Of a stretch of DNA of 64,000 bases, positions 35,823-46,121 are shown in pieces. Each line of letters opens with the position of its first letter. Position 1 is the first letter of the stretch. The notes below the pieces were generated by a model. The model made no database searches. It worked only from the letters and a program-made list of their open reading frames with translations, and was not told the origin of the DNA. The stretch is from an uncultured Candidatus Saccharibacteria bacterium (lineage in GTDB: Bacteria; Patescibacteriota; Minisyncoccia; UBA6257; 2-01-FULL-56-20): assembly GCA_964361095.1 (NCBI GenBank), contig CAYHZA010000004.1, positions 2,236 to 66,235 of the forward strand, given 5' to 3'. A program made the translations under genes and the position numbers.

Positions 35823-36770
35823 ATGTTTGGCAACCATACAAAAATCTTGGTCGTAGGTGAAACTGGATTTTTGGGAAAACGCCTTGTAAAACGTCTTGCC
35901 AGAGATGGTTACACGTACGTAGTTGGGTCTTTGGATACCGGCTTGGACCTTCGGGATGCGTATGCCGTTGAGGCATTTTTTAAGAAGGAAAAACCGGAAG
36001 TCATTATGAATTGCGCCGCGTATGTGGGCGGTATTAAATTTAACGCAGAACATGAAGGAGAGATTTTTTATAACAATACGCTCTTGAACCTCAATTTGCA
36101 GGAGGCGGCTCGGAAATATGGGGTGCGCAAACTTATTAATCCGATTGCAAATTGTTCTTATCCCGATGTAGCACAGAAAGACTTTAAGGAATATGAATGG
36201 TGGGATGGACCTCTGCATCCCTCGGTGATGGTATATGGGTTTACCAAGAAGGCGACTTGGGTGAATGCATATGCCTATTTTAGGCAGTATGGCATACAAT
36301 CAACCCACCTTTTAATTCCAAATATGTATGGCCCCGAAGATCACTTTGATGAAGTGCGCTCACATGCGATGGGAGCTCTGATTATGAAAATTATCAAAGC
36401 GAAAGAAAAAGGTGAACCTCATATTGATGTATGGGGGAGCGGGAGTCCGGTGCGCGAGTGGCTCTACATTGATGATTGCGTGGATGCTTTTGTAAGGATT
36501 TTGAACATTGATACCGGTATCGAGCCGTTGAATATTGGGCAGGGAATTGGGATATCCATCAAAGAAATGGCAGAGAAGATATGTTACGTTGTCGGTTACG
36601 AAGGGAAGCTTGTGTTTGACGCTACTCGGCCCGATGGTGCCGCATATAAAGTTATGAATATCGAGAGAATGAAAAAAATTTTGAATTGGATGCCGCCTAC
36701 TTCTCTTGACCAAGGTATTCGCGAGACCGTTGCGTGGTATTACGACAACGTCGTGCATAAGGCACAATAA
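35823..36770 (+). CDS. Fcl-like GDP-4-keto-sugar epimerase/reductase, paralog 2
   Basis: GETGFLG, VGGI, ANCSYP, YGFTK, SHAM and WGSGSPVREW. Confidence 0.85.
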   Translation: MFGNHTKILVVGETGFLGKRLVKRLARDGYTYVVGSLDTGLDLRDAYAVEAFFKKEKPEVIMNCAAYVGGIKFNAEHEGEIFYNNTLLNLNLQEAARKYGVRKLINPIANCSYPDVAQKDFKEYEWWDGPLHPSVMVYGFTKKATWVNAYAYFRQYGIQSTHLLIPNMYGPEDHFDEVRSHAMGALIMKIIKAKEKGEPHIDVWGSGSPVREWLYIDDCVDAFVRILNIDTGIEPLNIGQGIGISIKEMAEKICYVVGYEGKLVFDATRPDGAAYKVMNIERMKKILNWMPPTSLDQGIRETVAWYYDNVVHKAQ

Positions 36771-36773
36771 ACT

Positions 36774-37607
36774 ATGATGTCCGCATTAACCCATGAGCAC
36801 ATAAGAGACCTTGAGCATACGGCAAAGAATATACGCCGCACAATTTTGGAAATTATTTTTCGTGCTAAGTCTTCGCATATCGGTTGTTCTTTGTCGGCGG
36901 CAGATATTCTTACTGCGCTTTATTTTAATGTTATGAAAATTGATCCTCGTCATCCCCAAAAAGACGATCGTGATCGTTTGGTTATGAGTAAGGGTCATGC
37001 GGTTTCGGGACTCTATGCCGCCCTTGCCGAGCGGGGATTCTTCCCCCAAGAGAAATTAAAAGAATACGGCACCGAAGGAACCAACCTTGCGAGTCACGTG
37101 GTTCGCGGTTCCGTTCCGGGTACCGAAACAAGTAATGGTTCGGGTGGGCACGGTCTTTCTTTGGGGGTCGGGATCGCATTAGCTTTGCGGAATAAAAAAA
37201 ATAACACACGAGTTTTTGTTCTTTCCGGTGACGGGGAATTACAAGAAGGTTCCGTATGGGAAGCGCTTCTTTCCGGAGCAACCCATGTTCTCGATAATCT
37301 TACGTTGATTGTGGATCGGAATCGCTTTCAAGACGGACAGGATGGCAATGGTACGGATCAGATTTTAGCGCTTGAACCTCTTGATAAGAAATTTGAAGCT
37401 TTCGGCTGGGAGACCGAGACGATAGACGGACATAGTTTTATTGAACTTATTCCCGCTCTTATGCGCCACAGTAAGCGTCCCCGAGTTATTATTGCAAATA
37501 CCATAAAAGCAAAAGGTGTCCCTTTTATGGAAGGTAGACCGGAGTGGCACGGCAAATGTCCCGACGAAGATCAATATAATCTTGCGCTTAAAGAATTGGC
37601 ACATTAA
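36774..37607 (+). CDS. Transketolase-like N-terminal (TPP-binding) subunit
   Basis: HIGCSLS, SKGHA, GDGELQEGSVWEA and WHG. Confidence 0.92.
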   Translation: MMSALTHEHIRDLEHTAKNIRRTILEIIFRAKSSHIGCSLSAADILTALYFNVMKIDPRHPQKDDRDRLVMSKGHAVSGLYAALAERGFFPQEKLKEYGTEGTNLASHVVRGSVPGTETSNGSGGHGLSLGVGIALALRNKKNNTRVFVLSGDGELQEGSVWEALLSGATHVLDNLTLIVDRNRFQDGQDGNGTDQILALEPLDKKFEAFGWETETIDGHSFIELIPALMRHSKRPRVIIANTIKAKGVPFMEGRPEWHGKCPDEDQYNLALKELAH

Positions 37608-37614
37608 ACCAACC

Positions 37615-38529
37615 ATGCGATTTGAATCAATTAATACTCTTTATGAGGCAGCGTTGCGAGATGAACGGATTGTTTTTATTACGGGCGATTTCGGTCATCC
37701 AAGAACGGAAGATTTCAAAAAAAATCTTGGAGGGCGCTATATGAATGCTGGCATGTCCGAACAGCACATTATAGGCATGGCAGCCGGTCTGGCATTGGAG
37801 GGTATGAAGGTTTTTGTATATTCGATCGTTCCTTTTATTACGCTCCGATGTTTTGAACAGATTAAGGTTGACGTTTGTTATCATAATACGGACGTGACGA
37901 TTATTGGCGCCGGAGGAGGTTTTGCTTATGGTGCGGCAGGGGGCACGCATTATGCTATTGAAGATATTGCCGCATTGCGTGCATTGCCTCGCATGAAAGT
38001 CATTGTGCCTTCGAGTCCTTGGGAAACGCGTATGTTGATGCCTCAGATTATTGCCGCAGGTGGTCCTACGTATCTTCGAATCGGCAGAGGAAAAGAGATC
38101 GATTTCGGTGAAAATGAAGCGCCAACACTGGGACGATCCCAAGTTTTAAGAAAAGGTTCTGACGCTACGATTTTTTTTGCAGGTCCTATTGGCAAAGAAG
38201 CTTTAGATGCCGCGGAGATTTTAAAACAATGTGACTTAGACGTAGAAGTTATAAGTATGCATACCATTAAACCCATCGACAGAGACGCCATCGCGCTTCG
38301 AGCCGGAAATCGCCGCGCAATTTTTACACTTGAAGAGCATTCCGTGCTTGGCGGTTTAGGAAGCGCGGTTGCCGAGATACTTGCGGAATTGCCGGAACAT
38401 CCGGTTTTTCTAAGGTTTGGCGTGCAGGATACATGGCCGGTTTTGTTTGGCAGTCAAACGTATTTGAGAAATGCGATGGGCATTTCTGCGATGCATGTCG
38501 CGGAAAAAATAAAAAAAGTTTTACTATAA
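37615..38529 (+). CDS. Transketolase-like C-terminal subunit
   Basis: GMSEQH, RCFEQIK, GTHYAIED and EEHSVLGGLG. Confidence 0.92.
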   Translation: MRFESINTLYEAALRDERIVFITGDFGHPRTEDFKKNLGGRYMNAGMSEQHIIGMAAGLALEGMKVFVYSIVPFITLRCFEQIKVDVCYHNTDVTIIGAGGGFAYGAAGGTHYAIEDIAALRALPRMKVIVPSSPWETRMLMPQIIAAGGPTYLRIGRGKEIDFGENEAPTLGRSQVLRKGSDATIFFAGPIGKEALDAAEILKQCDLDVEVISMHTIKPIDRDAIALRAGNRRAIFTLEEHSVLGGLGSAVAEILAELPEHPVFLRFGVQDTWPVLFGSQTYLRNAMGISAMHVAEKIKKVLL

Positions 38530-38532
38530 CAT

Positions 38533-39621
38533 ATGGATTCACGTGCAGTTATTAAAGATGATATAAAAGATGTTATTTCTGCTCTTGGTGCGGATGTGAA
38601 TCGTTTGAGCGGGAAAACGGTTTTGATCACCGGACCCAGTGGTCTTTTGGGAAGTTATCTCGTGGATACCATTGCCGAGCTTAATGATCGTAAAATTCTG
38701 GAATATCCATGCCGTGTTATTGGCTTAAGTCGTTCTCCCGTGACGCCTCTATCGCGATTAGGGCATCTTTTAGGAAGGACTGATATGAATTTTATCGTCC
38801 ACGATGTGGCGCAGCCGCTTCCGTTAAAAGAAAAAATAGATTTTATTATTCATGCCGCGGGCCGTTCTGCGCCAGCAATATTTCAAGCGGATCCTTTGGG
38901 AACAATTGATGTGAATATAGGAGGCATTCGGTGGCTTTTGGATTATGCCAAAGATTCGAATGTTGAAAGCGTGCTTTATATGAGCAGTGGAGAAATTTAT
39001 GGTAATCCTCCGCCCGAATTTATTCCTACGTCCGAAACATATGCAGGGAATGTTTCGCCATTATCTCCACGGGCATGCTATATCGAATCCAAACGTTTGG
39101 CTGAAACTCTTTGTCTTGTATATTGGGAACAGTTCGGAGTTCCTGCTAAGATAGCCCGTCCCTTTATCGTATACGGGCCCGGGCTTCTTGTTGAAGATCG
39201 TCGAGTGATGGCCGATTTTATGCGATTAGGAATTGAAGGTAAACCAATTACCATGCTTACGAGCGGTGAAGATACGCGGTCATATTGTTATATTGCCGAT
39301 GCCTCAGTAGTGTTTTGGAAGATCCTATTTTCGAATTACAATGGGGAGCCCTTTAACGTTGCAAGCGACATGGAAGAAGTGAGTATCAAAGAATTAGCTG
39401 AATTAATTCATAGAATTTGCGGGATTCATGCGCCGGTCGGTGTTCCAAAGATACAAAATAAAGACATCGCTTTTTTGAGTGCTTCCCCGCATAGGGTAAA
39501 ACCCGATATATCAAAAATTCGCGAACGTTTTGCTTTTAATCCCCGCATAGGACTTGCCGAGGGGATGCGACGTACTATTAATTGGAATTTGTTGCGTATG
39601 GGCAAGCCCGCGCTTTCTTAA
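38533..39621 (+). CDS. NAD-dependent epimerase/dehydratase (UDP-glucuronate decarboxylase-like)
   Basis: GPSGLLG, SSGEIYG, PRACYIESKR and TRSYCY. Confidence 0.85.
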   Translation: MDSRAVIKDDIKDVISALGADVNRLSGKTVLITGPSGLLGSYLVDTIAELNDRKILEYPCRVIGLSRSPVTPLSRLGHLLGRTDMNFIVHDVAQPLPLKEKIDFIIHAAGRSAPAIFQADPLGTIDVNIGGIRWLLDYAKDSNVESVLYMSSGEIYGNPPPEFIPTSETYAGNVSPLSPRACYIESKRLAETLCLVYWEQFGVPAKIARPFIVYGPGLLVEDRRVMADFMRLGIEGKPITMLTSGEDTRSYCYIADASVVFWKILFSNYNGEPFNVASDMEEVSIKELAELIHRICGIHAPVGVPKIQNKDIAFLSASPHRVKPDISKIRERFAFNPRIGLAEGMRRTINWNLLRMGKPALS

Positions 39622-39624
39622 GGT

Positions 39625-40701
39625 ATGTCCTCAATTCAAACAATTTATATTGTTCCTGCCGGTCCTACTGAACTGCGCGGAAAAATTTTTGAGCCGAATC
39701 TTCCTATCGCGCCCATAGCCCCGTTGGGAGGTGACTTCCTTTATTTTTTTCGCGAGAAGGGAATTCAAGTAAAGACGATAGACGCATGGAATCCAGCTAT
39801 CCATAACGCCGATGATGTTGTTGTTTTTATCAATCATCCCGATGACGATATTTTGCATCGTTTTTTTTATTTTTTTAAATACATCTTGCGAGGACGGAAA
39901 CGATTTGCGATAAGCCCCAAGGAATTATCTCTGATCCGTAGGCTATTTTCCAAAAAAATTCTTTTTCAAGGAGAGCCCCCGACTAATATGCCGTATCCCT
40001 ACGTGCATCTTAAGCGCCTTGCAAAATTATATGATGTAATATTTTTGTATCACAAAATGATGGGCGTGCCTTCGAATGTGTTTTATACGATGTGGCCGCG
40101 TGATTTCAGGGAGGAGTTCGAGTCGTTCTTTGCGGTGCCGAAGGATAAGTTTTTAGTGATGATGAATAACAATGCGCGCCCGCATGCTTTTTTCGCAAAA
40201 GAACTCTACAGTGAGCGTCTCCGAGCGATAAAATTTTTCAGTTCGTCTCCCGGGTTTGATCTTTACGGTGGGCGATGGGAAAGAAAGCCATTTTTTCCAT
40301 TCTGGAGTTATCGCGCGTATGTCCAAAAATGCTGGCGCGGTTATGTGAATGGCGATAAAATCAAGACGTTCGCTTCTTATAGATTTTCTTTGGCGTTTGA
40401 GAATTCACAATATCCCGGATATGTGAGCGAAAAGATTTTTGATTCTTTCTTGGCCGGTTGTATTCCTGTGTATCTTGGGGCTCCTGACGTCACTGATTAC
40501 GTACCGGCGGACTGTTTTATTGATATGCGCGCGTTCAAGGATTACGGAGCTCTCTTAATTCATTTGCAGTCGCTTTCCGATGTCGAATGTGCGTTATATC
40601 GAGATCGTATCAAGCATTATCTTATTTCTCAAAAAAATAATATTTTTTCAAAACGGAAGTTTGCGGAAACTCTATGGGGAGCAATGATAAATTTGCCATG
40701 A
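39625..40701 (+). CDS. Glycosyltransferase family 10 (alpha-1,3-fucosyltransferase-like)
   Basis: YRFSLAFENSQYPGYVSEKIFDSFLAGCIPVYLG. Confidence 0.88.
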   Translation: MSSIQTIYIVPAGPTELRGKIFEPNLPIAPIAPLGGDFLYFFREKGIQVKTIDAWNPAIHNADDVVVFINHPDDDILHRFFYFFKYILRGRKRFAISPKELSLIRRLFSKKILFQGEPPTNMPYPYVHLKRLAKLYDVIFLYHKMMGVPSNVFYTMWPRDFREEFESFFAVPKDKFLVMMNNNARPHAFFAKELYSERLRAIKFFSSSPGFDLYGGRWERKPFFPFWSYRAYVQKCWRGYVNGDKIKTFASYRFSLAFENSQYPGYVSEKIFDSFLAGCIPVYLGAPDVTDYVPADCFIDMRAFKDYGALLIHLQSLSDVECALYRDRIKHYLISQKNNIFSKRKFAETLWGAMINLP

Positions 40702-41630
40702 CGTTACTTGGAAAGAAAATTTTGGTTACCGGAGGAGAAGGTTTTCTCGGTCAGCATGTAATTAAAGAACTATTAGCACGAGGGGTTGATCGGAAAGATA
40801 TTTCGGTTCCCAGCGCTGCGTCATGCGACCTTCGCTTCTATATCAATTGCGAAAAAGCCGTCGCCAATCATAACGTGGTTTTTCATTTGGCAGCCGTAAC
40901 GGGCGGAATTGAATTCCATACTACCCATCCGGGAAATATTTTTTACGATAATTTGATGATGGGCGTGCATCTTATGGAAAGCGCGCGGCTTGCCGGAGTG
41001 GAGAAGTTTCTTACGATTGGAAGCGCTACCGAGTATCCAACTACTGCGTCTTTGCCGTATCGAGAAGAAAGTTTGTGGCAAGGGCTTCCTGACCCGGTGC
41101 ATATTCCCTATAGCATGGCGAAGCGTATGTTCATTGTGCAAGGAGCGGCATATCGCGCGCAATATGGATTTAACGCTATTCACCTTATGCCGAACAATAT
41201 GTTCGGGCCGGGTGAAAAATTTGAAAGCGGTTTTGTTATTCCTTCCATAATGAAAAAGATTTTAGATGTCAAAGCGTCGGGTGCTGACTTTATAACATCT
41301 TGGGGAACGGGAAAGGCAAAGCGGGAATTTGTCTATGTTGAAGATGCAGCGCGAGCGATTATGCTTGCCGCAGAACGATACGACAAGCCCGAGCCGGTCA
41401 ATATCGGTTCCGGGGAAGAAATATCTATAAAAGATTTAGTAACGTTGATTGCCCGCTTTATGGATTTTAAGGGAGAAATTAAATGGGATCATACGAAGCC
41501 GGATGGTCAGCTACGAAGGAATCTTGATGTTTCTCGAGCGGAAAAAGAGTTTGGTTTTCATGCTGAGGTTTCTTTTGAGGAAGGTCTAAAAAAAACTATT
41601 GATTGGCACTTAAAAACAGTGTATAAATAG
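40698..41630 (+). CDS. Fcl-like NDP-4-keto-sugar reductase, paralog 3 (epimerase residues lost)
   Basis: GGEGFLG, YSMAK and DGQLRR retained. GSATEYP and GFVIP replace the Cys and His sites. Confidence 0.82.
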   Translation: MTLLGKKILVTGGEGFLGQHVIKELLARGVDRKDISVPSAASCDLRFYINCEKAVANHNVVFHLAAVTGGIEFHTTHPGNIFYDNLMMGVHLMESARLAGVEKFLTIGSATEYPTTASLPYREESLWQGLPDPVHIPYSMAKRMFIVQGAAYRAQYGFNAIHLMPNNMFGPGEKFESGFVIPSIMKKILDVKASGADFITSWGTGKAKREFVYVEDAARAIMLAAERYDKPEPVNIGSGEEISIKDLVTLIARFMDFKGEIKWDHTKPDGQLRRNLDVSRAEKEFGFHAEVSFEEGLKKTIDWHLKTVYK

Positions 41631-41654
41631 GTGGTTGTTTAAATCTGAATTATT

Positions 41655-42920
41655 ATGGCTATTACAAAAGTAACAGAGCGAAAAACATGTCGTGTGTGCG
41701 GCGCTGGGTCATTGACCCCCATTTTTTCCTTGGGGCTTTTGTATGTGTCTGATTTTGTGGACGGTCATGACAAGGAGCATGAGAAAATTCCTTTGGAATT
41801 GATATTGTGTAATGAACGAGACGGCGGTTGCGGGCTTTTGCAGCTTAAACATACGGTGCCCCATGAATCTATGTATCGGAACTACTGGTATCGTTCGGGA
41901 ATCAATAAAACAATGACCGATGAGCTTCAGGATATTGCCCGTACGACCGAGAAGATGGCAAATCTGAAGTCGGGCGATTACGTAATCGATATCGGAGCAA
42001 ACGACGGGACTTTGCTTCGAGGATTTACTACGCAAGGCATTCATCGTATCGGTTTTGAACCGGCGAACAATCTTGAGCAATACAATACAGTCGGTACCGA
42101 AAAAGTGTTCCATGATTTTTTTGGCGCGCGCGCCTGGAATGAATCGTATGGAAAAGCCAAGGCAAAGATTATTACGGCGATCGCGATGTTTTACGACCTC
42201 GAAGATCCAAACTCATTCGTGGCGGATATCGCCGCGTCTCTCGATGATGAAGGAATTTGCGTTATTCAACAAAGTTACTTGCCGCTTATGTTAAAGACCA
42301 ATGAGATCGGTAACATTTGCCACGAGCATCTGGAATACTATTCTTTGCTCTCGATGGAAAATCTTTTTTCGCGCCACAATTTGGAGGTGTGTGATGTGAT
42401 GATAAATGACATTAATGGCGGGAGTTTTCGTACGTACATTCGACACAAAGAGAAAGGAACCACGCTTCATCTTGAGCCGGGCGCCGCAGAGCGTCTTTCG
42501 AATATGCGTGCATCGGAAAAAACACTGGGACTTGACGATAGGCAGGTATATGAGGCATTTGTAGGTCGGGTGAATGAGATAAAAAATAAACTCATGAAAT
42601 TTTTGAATGACGAGAAAGCGAAAGGGAAAAAAATTTATGGATATGGGGCTTCTACAAAAGGCAACACGCTTCTCCAATTTTTTAATATCGGTTCGGATCT
42701 GATTACCGCGATCGCGGAACGTAATCCTGATAAATGGGGTAAAAAAACGATCGGGACGCTTATTCCTATTGTTTCCGAAGAAGAAGCGCGAGCCGCGCAG
42801 CCGGATTATTTTTTTGTTTTACCTTGGCATTTTATCGATGAATTCGTGGAACGCGAGGTTGAATTTCGAAAGCGTGGAGGTAAATTTATCGTACCATTAC
42901 CTGAGTTTAAAATAATCTAA
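41655..42920 (+). CDS. NDP-hexose C-methyltransferase
   Basis: Zn-binding CRVC..C..C, DIGANDG, CHEHLEYYS, GGS, YGASTKGNT and LPWHF. Confidence 0.9.
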   Translation: MAITKVTERKTCRVCGAGSLTPIFSLGLLYVSDFVDGHDKEHEKIPLELILCNERDGGCGLLQLKHTVPHESMYRNYWYRSGINKTMTDELQDIARTTEKMANLKSGDYVIDIGANDGTLLRGFTTQGIHRIGFEPANNLEQYNTVGTEKVFHDFFGARAWNESYGKAKAKIITAIAMFYDLEDPNSFVADIAASLDDEGICVIQQSYLPLMLKTNEIGNICHEHLEYYSLLSMENLFSRHNLEVCDVMINDINGGSFRTYIRHKEKGTTLHLEPGAAERLSNMRASEKTLGLDDRQVYEAFVGRVNEIKNKLMKFLNDEKAKGKKIYGYGASTKGNTLLQFFNIGSDLITAIAERNPDKWGKKTIGTLIPIVSEEEARAAQPDYFFVLPWHFIDEFVEREVEFRKRGGKFIVPLPEFKII

Positions 42921-43681
42921 TGCCGCAAGGGTATTGGGATAACTCTTCTTTCTGGCAAAGAGTTAGGCGGGTATATCGGAGGGGGGGCTTTTTTTTCCTG
43001 ATTATCTCAATGATCAGGGCTTTTTTTCGGCCTATTCGTGTCCAGCTATTGGATTGGTACTATAGAATATTTCCCCTAGGGACTTTTTCTTTTCGTGGGC
43101 AGAGGTATGCATATCTTGCTCATAAGTACAACACTACGTGGCAGAACGAGCGAGCGGTAGAAATTCCTATTGCACATGCAATAATCAAACGCTATGCAGG
43201 GAAGCGCATTCTTGAGGTCGGTCATGTTCTCGGGCATTATCTCTCGATTCGTCATGACGTTCTCGACAAGTACGAACTGAATCCAGCGGTCATGAATGAG
43301 GATATTACAACGTTTAAACCGGGGGAAAAGTACGATTTAATCGTAAGTATTTCCACCCTGGAGCATGTTGGCTGGGATGAAGACAAGCGGGAGCCCGATA
43401 AGGTGCTTGAAGCATTCCGCAATCTTCAAGACAATTGTTTGGCCCCGGGTGGAACGCTTTTTGTGACTTTGCCTGTCGGTTGGAATCCTGTTCTCGATCA
43501 ATTTATCAAAGAGGGAGCGATTACGTTCCAGGAACGCTTTTACTTAAAAAAGACTCATAATGAGTGGCGTGAGGTATTGCCACAGGAGGGCGTGAATTCG
43601 GCATATAATAGAAGTGTCCCATCGGCCACTGCGATTTTAATAGGAGTGATCCGGCAGAAGGGCGCGTCGTTATTCCCTTAA
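42920..43681 (+). CDS. Class I SAM-dependent methyltransferase-like protein
   Basis: NERAVEIP, ILEVG, ISTLEHVG and LAPGG. Confidence 0.78.
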   Translation: MPQGYWDNSSFWQRVRRVYRRGGFFFLIISMIRAFFRPIRVQLLDWYYRIFPLGTFSFRGQRYAYLAHKYNTTWQNERAVEIPIAHAIIKRYAGKRILEVGHVLGHYLSIRHDVLDKYELNPAVMNEDITTFKPGEKYDLIVSISTLEHVGWDEDKREPDKVLEAFRNLQDNCLAPGGTLFVTLPVGWNPVLDQFIKEGAITFQERFYLKKTHNEWREVLPQEGVNSAYNRSVPSATAILIGVIRQKGASLFP

Positions 43682-43695
43682 TTTTTTATTTATAT

Positions 43696-44904
43696 ATGAA
43701 AATTGCCATCGTTTGCTTTAACTTAAAATGGCAGGCAGGCGGGGCACGCCTTATCTTTTCTTTGGCTCACGGTCTTATGGATCTTGGCCATAGAGTTTTT
43801 ATTTACACGCCGGAATTTGACGAAGGGGTATTTCCGGATTTACGCAAAGGCTTGGATATCCGCGTAGTGCCGCAGGCGCGTTCTTTCGATTGGACCGAAA
43901 ACCCCCCAAGTTTCATTGGGAAAATATTTCATAAAATCAGAGAAGAGCGATTTCACGTCGCTGTGGCGAAAAATATTGCGCTTTCGATAGATCGCGATTT
44001 TGAGGTTGTGAACCTTCATGATTTCGCTTATAAAGTAGGATTTTTCTACAAAAAAATAAATCATCGGGCGAAAATCGTATGGACCGAGAATGACCCTCCC
44101 TTCAGCCATCTTCCCAAAAAAGGGGTCATACGCAATGCGGCAAGTAGGATTTTTAATTCCATAAAAGAATATAGTGAAAGAAAATATTTGAACGCCATGG
44201 ACAGCGTGGTTGTTCTTGATTTTTATAATCGGAATTGGGCGGCACGGCGAGGGTTGCATCCCGTTGTTGTGCGGAGTGGGGTCGACTTTGAAACTTTTTA
44301 TTCCCCGGTTAAACATATTTCTGCGCATCAAAAATCCATCCGTATTTTAGGGATAGGAGCGTTGAATGTATACCGACGTTTTGAGGATATTATCGGTGCC
44401 GTGAAATTGCTTCGATCGTGGGGATATGATGCGCGAGCTCTTATTGTATGCAAGGATATTTGGCGCCAGAAGGAATATCGTGCGTATCTCGAGCAGCTTG
44501 TAGTAAAGGAAAAGCTTGATGATTGCGTCACTTTTAAATTCGAAGGCGTTTCTCATGAGGAATTAAAAATCGCGTATCGTGAGAGCGATGTTTTTGTCCT
44601 TCCTATTTACTTGCCGTCACCTCGGAATGGATATGGGTGGGGACTTTCCAATTTTGAAGCAATGGCAGCCGGTTTACCGCTTGTGATTTGTAATACCAGT
44701 ACGGCGATGGAAGTGCTAAGAGACGGCGAACACGCGCTCGCGGTTCGTCCTATGGATCCGGGCGATATCGCTCAAAAGGTAAAGATGTTAATGGATGACC
44801 CCGTGTTGTATCGTCGCATTACTGAACAGGGTCAACGTTTTGTGCGTGAACATATTTCGTGGGTGAATTATTGCAAGGAAATGGTGAATATATTTACACG
44901 ATGA
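43696..44904 (+). CDS. Glycosyltransferase family 4
   Basis: GGA N-terminus, DVFVLP and WGLSNFEAMAAGLP. Confidence 0.9.
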   Translation: MKIAIVCFNLKWQAGGARLIFSLAHGLMDLGHRVFIYTPEFDEGVFPDLRKGLDIRVVPQARSFDWTENPPSFIGKIFHKIREERFHVAVAKNIALSIDRDFEVVNLHDFAYKVGFFYKKINHRAKIVWTENDPPFSHLPKKGVIRNAASRIFNSIKEYSERKYLNAMDSVVVLDFYNRNWAARRGLHPVVVRSGVDFETFYSPVKHISAHQKSIRILGIGALNVYRRFEDIIGAVKLLRSWGYDARALIVCKDIWRQKEYRAYLEQLVVKEKLDDCVTFKFEGVSHEELKIAYRESDVFVLPIYLPSPRNGYGWGLSNFEAMAAGLPLVICNTSTAMEVLRDGEHALAVRPMDPGDIAQKVKMLMDDPVLYRRITEQGQRFVREHISWVNYCKEMVNIFTR

Positions 44905-46097
44905 AGATCGCGATGGTTCATCTTAATTTGACGACCGAAAGCGGAGATCCGCGAATGTTTTTTTCTATCTGCCAGTCTCTTCGGACATTAGGTCACGAAG
45001 TTCATATTTATACCGCCGAACATAACCCAATGTGCTTCCCTGATCTTTCAAGAAATTTTCCTATCCATGTAGTTGCGCCTCCCGCGCCATTGGATACCGG
45101 GTTTGACGCACGGGGATTAATAGGTAGGGTAAAGGCAAAATTATATCGCGGTCGTTTATTGAGTAATGCAGCACGGCGGATTGGAGATGTATTGCCGCCG
45201 GATCTTGATGTGCTTGTGTGCCAAAACGATGCTTCCTATGAATTGGGGGTGGGCTATAAGAAAAAAAATCATCGCGCGCGAATTGTGTGGATTATGAATA
45301 ATGCGCCTTTCTATAGTGGTCCGAAAGGGAATGTTATTGTGAAGTTATTAAGTGCTTTTTCGGCATTATGGGAGAGACACAAAGTGGCACATTACTTGCG
45401 CGGCATTGATGTTGTTTTTGTGCACGATATTGAGCGTAAAAAAATGATTGATGCCCTTGGGGTGTCATCAATCGTTTTGCGGATTCCCGTTGATTTTGAG
45501 AGTTTCTATGTTCCCGTGAAGAAACGGCTCTCGAAAGACAAAAAAGTTACCCTTTTGGGTGTTGGCTCATTAAGTCCCATGAGAAGATTTGAGGATATTA
45601 TCCTGGCGGCGACTTTCCTCAGGAAAAAAGGATACGATGCAAGAGTGGAACTTGTTTGTAAAGATTTTTGGAAAGATACAAAGTATCGATCAGAGCTTAT
45701 TTCATTGATCCGTGATTTATATATGGATCCGTACGTACAATTTCACTTTGAGGGAGTGAGTGAGTCGGTATTGCGCGACATTCAGCGGAACAGTGATGTC
45801 TTTATTTTTCCTAACCATGTTAATATTTGGGGTATGGCTGCTCTTGAAGCCATGGCGGCGGGGTTGCCGCTTGTTGTTTCCCGCGTTACGAGCGTTGCAG
45901 AGGTTTTAAACGATGGTGAGAGTGCATTAATGTGTGAACCGGAGAATCCGGATGATATAGCTCTTAAAGTACGCGCGCTGATCGATAATCCGGCACTCTA
46001 CGAAAAAATTGGCGAGATGGGACAACATTTTGTGAAGGAAAATTTAACATGGGAGAAGTACAGCAAGGATTTTATTGGAGCGATAGAAAATAAATAA
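44901..46097 (+). CDS. Glycosyltransferase family 4 (paralog of the upstream gene)
   Basis: DVFIFP and WGMAALEAMAAGLP. Shares RRFEDII and CKD.W with its neighbour. Confidence 0.9.
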   Translation: MKIAMVHLNLTTESGDPRMFFSICQSLRTLGHEVHIYTAEHNPMCFPDLSRNFPIHVVAPPAPLDTGFDARGLIGRVKAKLYRGRLLSNAARRIGDVLPPDLDVLVCQNDASYELGVGYKKKNHRARIVWIMNNAPFYSGPKGNVIVKLLSAFSALWERHKVAHYLRGIDVVFVHDIERKKMIDALGVSSIVLRIPVDFESFYVPVKKRLSKDKKVTLLGVGSLSPMRRFEDIILAATFLRKKGYDARVELVCKDFWKDTKYRSELISLIRDLYMDPYVQFHFEGVSESVLRDIQRNSDVFIFPNHVNIWGMAALEAMAAGLPLVVSRVTSVAEVLNDGESALMCEPENPDDIALKVRALIDNPALYEKIGEMGQHFVKENLTWEKYSKDFIGAIENK

Positions 46098-46121
46098 TGT
46101 GTTTTTCTCAATTTGTCGTGA

